A stretch of DNA of 64,000 nucleotides from IMG/VR virus record IMGVR_UViG_3300020178_000002, positions 248,137 to 312,136 of that record; one strand, 5' to 3'. The translations under genes were made by a program, and so were the position numbers. Under the pieces are notes generated by a model that had not been told where the DNA came from, made no database searches, and saw only the letters and a list, made by a program, of their open reading frames with translations. This document shows positions 58,967 to 64,000 of this stretch, one piece after another; the first letter of the stretch is position 1; the number at the start of each line of letters is the position of its first letter.

Positions 58967-59040
58967 GGGCCTTTAGCTCAGTTGGTTAGAGCACCCGACT
59001 CATAATCGGGCGGTCCTGGGTTCAAGCCCCAGAGGGCCCA
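58967..59040 (+). tRNA. tRNA with CAT anticodon, most like tRNA-Ile2 (lysidine type); Met not excluded
   Basis: Full cloverleaf GGGCCTT/AGGGCCC, loop CTCATAA; resembles ileX-type tRNAs; TGTATAAT promoter upstream. Confidence 0.88.
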
Positions 59041-59045
59041 CTACA

Positions 59046-59079
59046 AAGGAAGCATCTTTATGAGGGCTTCCTTTTTTTT
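59046..59079 (+). terminator. Intrinsic terminator
   Basis: aaggaagc...gcttcctt followed by T-run. Confidence 0.7.
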
Positions 59080-59096
59080 ATCTTGAGGGATGTCAC

Positions 59097-59330
59097 ATGG
59101 GAAGTACTAAACTTGTTATAGAAGAAACCACAAATGGGTGGGTGGTCAAAACACTTGATTGTGAAGGTGTGGAGATTACCTATGTTTATGAAGACCTTGA
59201 GGGTACTGATTCTTCTAGGGCTAAGGCTTTCAAGAGGTTATTGTTTGAACACTTCTCCCATGTGTTTGCTAGTAAACGTAAAGCTGGGTTAGATGTTATG
59301 GTTCTGGAGAAAGGTTGGGGAGAAGTATGA
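59097..59330 (+). CDS. Hypothetical protein
   Basis: GAGGG RBS. Confidence 0.5.
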   Translation: MGSTKLVIEETTNGWVVKTLDCEGVEITYVYEDLEGTDSSRAKAFKRLLFEHFSHVFASKRKAGLDVMVLEKGWGEV

Positions 59331-59536
59331 AAAGGACTTTATTTATTAAAAAGAATGGTGCTGAGTTCTACAAGGAACTGAGTAAAGAAGAGAGGAGACA
59401 GAAAGTCATCTCTTTAGAGGTACAGAAGAAAACTACAGCAATGCAAGTAGCTAAAGACCCTATGCTTTTGTTTGGGTCTGCTGTTAAATACAAGCGTTGT
59501 GTTGAAGCTGGTTTCTTGAGCTTCAAAGAAATCTGA
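59327..59536 (+). CDS. Hypothetical protein
   Basis: ATGA overlap; MKRTLF start. Confidence 0.5.
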   Translation: MKRTLFIKKNGAEFYKELSKEERRQKVISLEVQKKTTAMQVAKDPMLLFGSAVKYKRCVEAGFLSFKEI

Positions 59537-59574
59537 AAAAACTCCTTGTTTTAGTCTCGGCTTTGTATAATAAC

Positions 59575-59850
59575 TATGTCGGTCATGTTAGACCTTTGTT
59601 CTTTGACATTTAGAACAACTCCTTAGGGAGGCTTCCTACAGGTAAAGCTGTTGGGTTGTGTGGTATGCCCTTTCACCTCTTTGGTTAGGAGGTGTCTCCT
59701 GCTCTGTTGTTCCGTGGAGTGGGGCAAAACGGAACGCTTATCATATCTGATCTCTATTTGGTGAGATTTAGGGTTCGATTCCCACAGATGTGCTAGGCCC
59801 TCTTAAATTTAGCTCATTTTGAACGGTGTGTATCTAACTTTCGAGGGTCT
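59575..59850 (+). ncRNA. Structured non-coding leader: hairpins, H-type pseudoknot and tRNA-like element
   Basis: TGTATAAT at about 59564; no ORF; pairing blocks listed in findings. Confidence 0.45.
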
Positions 59851-59857
59851 AATTTTT

Positions 59858-59930
59858 GCTGGTGTAGCTCAATTGGCAGAGCAACTGATTTGTAATCAGT
59901 AGGTTATGGGTTCAAGTCCCTTCACCAGCT
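59858..59930 (+). tRNA. tRNA-Thr(TGT)
   Basis: GCTGGTG/CACCAGC acceptor; anticodon arm ctgat-TTGTAA..atcag; T-loop TTCAAGT. Confidence 0.92.
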
Positions 59931-59935
59931 TTTTT

Positions 59936-60007
59936 GGGTTGTTAGCTCAATGGTAGAGCACACGACTTTTAATCGTTAGGTTCTGGGTTCGAGTCCCAGA
60001 CGACCCA
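59936..60007 (+). tRNA. tRNA-Lys(TTT)
   Basis: GGGTTGT/ACGACCC; loop CTTTTAA; T-loop TTCGAGT. Confidence 0.92.
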
Positions 60008-60054
60008 CTTTGAATTTTTGCTAAAGTCATCACGCTGGTTCAAGGATAATAATA

Positions 60055-60360
60055 ATGAGCGAGAAAAAAACATATACGATAAGAAGAAAATATGGTTGGG
60101 ATGTTTACTCATACCATGTTGGTTGGAAAGAGATTGAGCTAACTGAGGAACAAATCGCAGAGGTTCGTGCTAATCCTGACTTGCTTGATGACGATGAATG
60201 GTTAGATAAAGCCTTTGATTGGGTTGATATGGATGAGGAGGAGTTGGTCACAGACTCTTGGTGTAAGGGTGGTGTTGACCAAATTCCCCTAGAGACTGAG
60301 ATTGATTTCTACATTGAGGATCTTACAGGAGAAGAAGATGAGTCGGAAGATCAAGGTTAA
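60055..60360 (+). CDS. Very acidic hypothetical protein (paralog 1)
   Basis: LVTDSWCKGGVDQIP. Confidence 0.6.
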   Translation: MSEKKTYTIRRKYGWDVYSYHVGWKEIELTEEQIAEVRANPDLLDDDEWLDKAFDWVDMDEEELVTDSWCKGGVDQIPLETEIDFYIEDLTGEEDESEDQG

Positions 60361-60664
60361 ATACGAGTGGACCATCTGGGCTCACTACGAAGGGTATAAA
60401 GAGATTGATGTTGATGAACACCCAGAGCTTTTAGAGAAGATCAAAGACAACTTTGAATCTATCGAGGACTTACAAACCGACATGAATACATGGGACTATG
60501 TTTGTGAGGATATTTGTGAGATCGAAGGTGAACATCTTGTATCTGATGAATGGTGTAAGGGTGGGGTTAATCAGATGCCTTTCAAGGTTGAACTAACCAA
60601 CATTGAATTTGATGAACTTTTACATCCAGAAGAGGATGAAGAAGATGATAAACCTAAAGGATAA
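60338..60664 (+). CDS. Very acidic hypothetical protein (paralog 2)
   Basis: LVSDEWCKGGVNQMP; start MSRKIK. Confidence 0.6.
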   Translation: MSRKIKVKYEWTIWAHYEGYKEIDVDEHPELLEKIKDNFESIEDLQTDMNTWDYVCEDICEIEGEHLVSDEWCKGGVNQMPFKVELTNIEFDELLHPEEDEEDDKPKG

Positions 60665-60933
60665 TGGTTATGGGTGAGAGAGAAGACTTGATTGAAAGAT
60701 ACAAGGAAGCAAACCTAAAGAGAATAAAATATGGCTTTTTGAGTGCTATCTGTTTTCCTGTTGGGTTTCACTTGATTTTAATCATAAGTCATATTTTAGA
60801 TATTGATCTTTTGTTTCCCATACTCTTTTTTATTGTTCTTCCTGTTTCTCAAATAGCTTTTATAGCTTTATGGTTTAGTAATCATACTCACCAGAGTGAT
60901 TTAGAAGCAAGGATAAAAATAAAGTCAAAATAA
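60664..60933 (+). CDS. Two-TM membrane protein
   Basis: Two hydrophobic helices. Confidence 0.55.
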   Translation: MVMGEREDLIERYKEANLKRIKYGFLSAICFPVGFHLILIISHILDIDLLFPILFFIVLPVSQIAFIALWFSNHTHQSDLEARIKIKSK

Positions 60934-61011
60934 TTGTTGGCTTCTAGTCCTTTATTGTATAATACATACATGAGCTTGCCTTATAGCTTAATATTAAAGG
61001 CAACTCTTTAA

Positions 61012-61083
61012 GCATCAGTAGCTCAGTGGAAGAGCAGTGGCCTTCTAAGCCATTGGTCGTAGGTTCAAATCCTACCTGATGTA
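61012..61083 (+). tRNA. tRNA-Arg(TCT)
   Basis: GCATCAG/CTGATGT; loop CTTCTAA; T-loop TTCAAAT. Confidence 0.9.
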
Positions 61084-61167
61084 CTCGACAAAGCTCTCTC
61101 CCAGTATTTAAGGTTGGATTTAAGTCCTGTTAGACATGTTGAACAGCATTGGGGCTTTGTCGTACTT

Positions 61168-61240
61168 GCACTCATAGCTCAGTTGGAAGAGCACCACTTT
61201 CCTAAAGTGGGGGTCGCAGGTTCAAGCCCTGCTGGGTGTA
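61168..61240 (+). tRNA. tRNA-Arg(CCT)
   Basis: GCACTCA/TGGGTGT; ccact-TTCCTAA-agtgg; T-loop TTCAAGC. Confidence 0.88.
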
Positions 61241-61322
61241 CTAGGTTCTCTATATTTTTTTGTAGTTTACAAGAAGCGAGAAAGAATAACTTTGCTAGAG
61301 TTGTTTAGAGAACCTAACTTAT

Positions 61323-61364
61323 ACACTTGTTAGGTTTTTGCAGGTTCGAGTCCTGTCAAGTGTT
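61323..61364 (+). ncRNA. tRNA-like minihelix (acceptor stem and T-arm only)
   Basis: ACACTTG-10 nt-GCAGG-TTCGAGT-CCTGT-CAAGTGT. Confidence 0.55.
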
Positions 61365-61367
61365 CTG

Positions 61368-61436
61368 GCTCTCCCCTACTTTATTTTTTAATCATTAGAG
61401 AAAATTAGGCAAAAGTAGAGGAGAGCTTTTTTTTTA
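61368..61436 (+). terminator. Long-stem terminator
   Basis: gctctcccctacttt...aaagtagaggagagc followed by T-run. Confidence 0.55.
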
Positions 61437-61521
61437 TTTTTCCTTTCGTGTGTCGGTATAATTAAGTTGAGCATGTTGCTCAATCTCCAAACACACACAC
61501 ACACATGAAAGGATATATCCT

Positions 61522-61725
61522 ATGGGAGATAATAAAAGGAACGCTTACGAGATCAGAGAGTCTCTTCTTGGTATGGCTATTGGCATTTTATCAGATCGAG
61601 ATTCGAGACTGCGTGAGAATGAGTACTTGAAGCCAGAAGGCAATCGTCAGCCTGTTGAAGGTTATGATGTTGATGAGGTTATCAAGATTGCTAATAAGCT
61701 AGACTCTTTTGTGAGTCAAAGTTAA
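61522..61725 (+). CDS. Small phage protein
   Basis: NAYEIRESLL...DEVIKIANKLDSFVS; GAAAGGA RBS. Confidence 0.6.
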   Translation: MGDNKRNAYEIRESLLGMAIGILSDRDSRLRENEYLKPEGNRQPVEGYDVDEVIKIANKLDSFVSQS

Positions 61726-61729
61726 TTAT

Positions 61730-61847
61730 ATAAGTGCGGTGATAGCATACAGGGTTCTACTAACTATTTTCGTATATACGACCCAGTGAGGAATAAGACA
61801 AGTTAGGAATACTCACTTACTTGCAGGTTTTAACCCTGCCACTTATA
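61730..61847 (+). ncRNA. Expanded tRNA-like RNA
   Basis: ATAAGTG/CACTTAT acceptor-like stem, GCAGG-TTTTAAC-CCTGC T-arm, about 85-nt non-canonical middle. Confidence 0.4.
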
Positions 61848-61929
61848 TTACTAGCTTACACCCCACATGGTTTTCCATGTTAGCTAGGTTCAGGTCTTTT
61901 GTTGTTGTGATCTGAATTGGGGTGACTAA

Positions 61930-62002
61930 GGACCATTCGTCTAGGGGTCTAGGACTCCAGCCTTTCACGCTGGCAACACGGGTTCAAATCCCGTATGGTT
62001 CA
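61930..62002 (+). tRNA. tRNA-Glu(TTC)
   Basis: GGACCAT/ATGGTTC; ccagc-CTTTCAC-gctgg; T-loop TTCAAAT. Confidence 0.9.
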
Positions 62003-62004
62003 TT

Positions 62005-62040
62005 AAAGCCTTTCCTATTCTTAGGAAGGGCTTTTTTTTT
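62005..62040 (+). terminator. Intrinsic terminator
   Basis: aaagcctttccta-ttct-taggaagggcttt followed by T-run. Confidence 0.75.
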
Positions 62041-62115
62041 GGCTTGTGGAAGCCTAGCTTTTATAAGTTAGGGTGGACTCACAGTGAGCCAAATACTTTA
62101 ATAGGAGAAAAGATT

Positions 62116-62703
62116 ATGAATCTTGACATTGAAAATGGCACAATTATTACTTTCCATACACAAAGAGTTGGGAAGAAAGACTTAAAAAAAGATGGTGGGG
62201 TACATCGAGGTAGACACCATGTTAAAGTAACTATGCTTGTTGGAACAGACTATAAAACTGTCGCTGGTATTGACTTTATGAAGCTCTATGAGAAAAATCC
62301 TGATGACTACTACGACAAGTTTAATTCTATGGGCATTGTTGAAGACATGGACAAATGGGCATTTAGTTGTGCTTGGCACAGCAGAAGTCTTTATGAAGGG
62401 TTGTACGAAAGCTCAAGAGGCGAAAACACTTACAATAAGCATTTTGATGTTTATGACCCACATCCTTGTGGTGTTCGTGGTGTCCTAGTCCACAAAGAAA
62501 CAGGAGGCATCTATCTTATGGGGATTTTAATCAATGAAGAGATTGTTGAAGAAGATCCTAATGGTGATGCAAGAAAGAGTACATACTCTAAAGAGCGTAA
62601 GATTGTTAGAGCTATCCAGAAAGAGTTTGGACTCGTTTCAGGTAAGTGGAGAAGCTATAAGCTTCCTGCTGGAACAACAATCAATGGTCTTGAAGCCAAA
62701 TAG
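62116..62703 (+). CDS. Hypothetical protein
   Basis: ATG 62116 with AGGAG RBS. Confidence 0.6.
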   Translation: MNLDIENGTIITFHTQRVGKKDLKKDGGVHRGRHHVKVTMLVGTDYKTVAGIDFMKLYEKNPDDYYDKFNSMGIVEDMDKWAFSCAWHSRSLYEGLYESSRGENTYNKHFDVYDPHPCGVRGVLVHKETGGIYLMGILINEEIVEEDPNGDARKSTYSKERKIVRAIQKEFGLVSGKWRSYKLPAGTTINGLEAK

Positions 62704-62714
62704 GATTATTTCAA

Positions 62715-63047
62715 ATGGGATTAGATCAAACAGCTTTCATTCGTAAAGAAGGCGAAAAAGACACTACTATAATGACTTGGAGGAAACACGCTAACCTTGA
62801 GGGCTGGATGCATGAGTTGTATCGAGACAAAGGTAACGAGGGTGTTTTTAATCAAGAAGAAGTATCTTTAACAAAAGAAGACTTAACCCGACTCATGGAA
62901 GAGAACAACGAAGGCTTAGATGAAGCCTGTGGCTTCTTTTGGGGTGTTTCTGATGAAGAAGATAAGATAAACACAACCTTATTCATTATCCAAGCTCTTG
63001 AAGCCCTTGAAAAGGGGTATGAGGTGATCTACACATCTTGGTGGTAG
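62715..63047 (+). CDS. Phage hypothetical protein
   Basis: MGLDQ...WRKHANLEGWM...GFFWG...IYTSWW, a pattern familiar from phage ORFs. Confidence 0.65.
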   Translation: MGLDQTAFIRKEGEKDTTIMTWRKHANLEGWMHELYRDKGNEGVFNQEEVSLTKEDLTRLMEENNEGLDEACGFFWGVSDEEDKINTTLFIIQALEALEKGYEVIYTSWW

Positions 63048-63089
63048 TTTATTTATAGGTCACTCTATAGAAAAGCGAAGGAGATATGA

Positions 63090-63845
63090 ATGTCTAAAAT
63101 AAAACAACTTGAAATGAGAATTGCCAGACTAGAGAAACAATCTGCAATGACTATGGAAAACAAAAACAAGATACTAGGTAAGGGTTGTTATGTAAGCCTT
63201 AGCAAAGGTGGTAACATCAAACTAGTAGAGCAGTTTCCAAAAATAAAAAGAGGTATGACTCTCAGGGTAACTGAGTGGAATCGTCTTACTTATCTGTGGA
63301 GGCTTGATAATTTTCCAGAGTTGAAATCACAAAACCTCTTTGACAATGATCTAAGGCGAAAAATTAGATATGCTGACTATGATCGAGCTAAGAAGATTAT
63401 TCAATCTAAGATTGATGAAGTCAAAAAAGAGACTTACAACAATCGAGTTAGGCATCTGAAGAAAGATTTAAAAAATCTTGGAGGAAACCCATACCCATCC
63501 AAGCTCTTTAAGGTTTTGGAAAAAAATACCAAAGCACATGAAGAAGTTAAGAAAGCTATTGAGGTAGAGCCTTATCACTATGAAGACATAGAGGCTAGAG
63601 GTAAAGACTTCTCTATAGAAGTAAGATGGGATTACTCTAAGATAGAAGCAGATGGCAGTTATAAAGACCCTTATGAGGGAATGAGTACTTTCTACACTAC
63701 AAAGACAAGAGCAAGTGCTAGGAATCTATGGTATCTGGTGAGCAGCATGGGTCATGACATAGAAGATTATACTTTAGAGGAGTTCCTTGCCTTAGCAAAG
63801 AGTAAGAGAATATCTTTAAGGTATGTTCCTAGTATTTGGAGATAG
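63090..63845 (+). CDS. Hypothetical protein
   Basis: AAGGAG RBS; leader LEMRIARLEKQSA. Confidence 0.6.
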   Translation: MSKIKQLEMRIARLEKQSAMTMENKNKILGKGCYVSLSKGGNIKLVEQFPKIKRGMTLRVTEWNRLTYLWRLDNFPELKSQNLFDNDLRRKIRYADYDRAKKIIQSKIDEVKKETYNNRVRHLKKDLKNLGGNPYPSKLFKVLEKNTKAHEEVKKAIEVEPYHYEDIEARGKDFSIEVRWDYSKIEADGSYKDPYEGMSTFYTTKTRASARNLWYLVSSMGHDIEDYTLEEFLALAKSKRISLRYVPSIWR

Positions 63846-64000
63846 TACATAGGCTCTGTTATGGAAATCTTTGAGGGTTGTTAAAATCTAGGTTTTCGAC
63901 CTCGACACCACTTTGATTCTTCTGGTGTCCAATGGAGTCTAGCTTTCCCTCTTTTCTTTTTAAGAGCCATTTCAGCTTTCATTGCTTCTGATCTGTCAGC

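Noticed and set aside
59575-59850. tmRNA
   Set aside because: No Ala-type acceptor with G3:U70 and no tag ORF recognisable.
61114-61308. 64-aa ORF
   Set aside because: Overlaps tRNA-Arg(CCT) and structured spacers.
1-64000. Stop-codon reassignment
   Set aside because: Conserved genes are full length in the standard code, TAA/TAG/TGA all act as stops, and no suppressor tRNA was seen.

Overview
An AT-rich (roughly 35-40% GC by eye), densely coded segment of a large tailed (jumbo-type) phage genome in the standard genetic code. In order it carries: a PAP2-containing basic multidomain protein and a Dps; a terminase large subunit with a LAGLIDADG intein, plus putative head genes; a PIN-PhoH; a recombination/replication block (PD-(D/E)XK nuclease, clamp-like protein, Rad50/SbcC C-terminal half); two ~2300-aa tail-fibre proteins with LamG and PA14 partners; a nucleotide-metabolism island (CodA-like deaminase, purB, purA, guaC, pyrD, pyrF-pyrE fusion, dCMP deaminase); three pentapeptide-repeat proteins; an amidase endolysin; a degenerate GroEL; a DNA methyltransferase locus; and a tRNA cluster with extra structured RNAs. 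Best candidates for something new: (1) a beta-class amino-methyltransferase split into separate genes, with its central variable segment present as three paralogous stand-alone cassettes; (2) a GMP->IMP->AMP plus C->U module that, with tRNAs for A-ending codons, looks built to turn a GC-rich host nucleotide pool into an AT-rich one; (3) a recurrent [KR]-x-A motif at domain boundaries of putative virion cargo proteins; (4) non-canonical tRNA-like RNAs. All calls come from motifs read by eye; no database searches were run.
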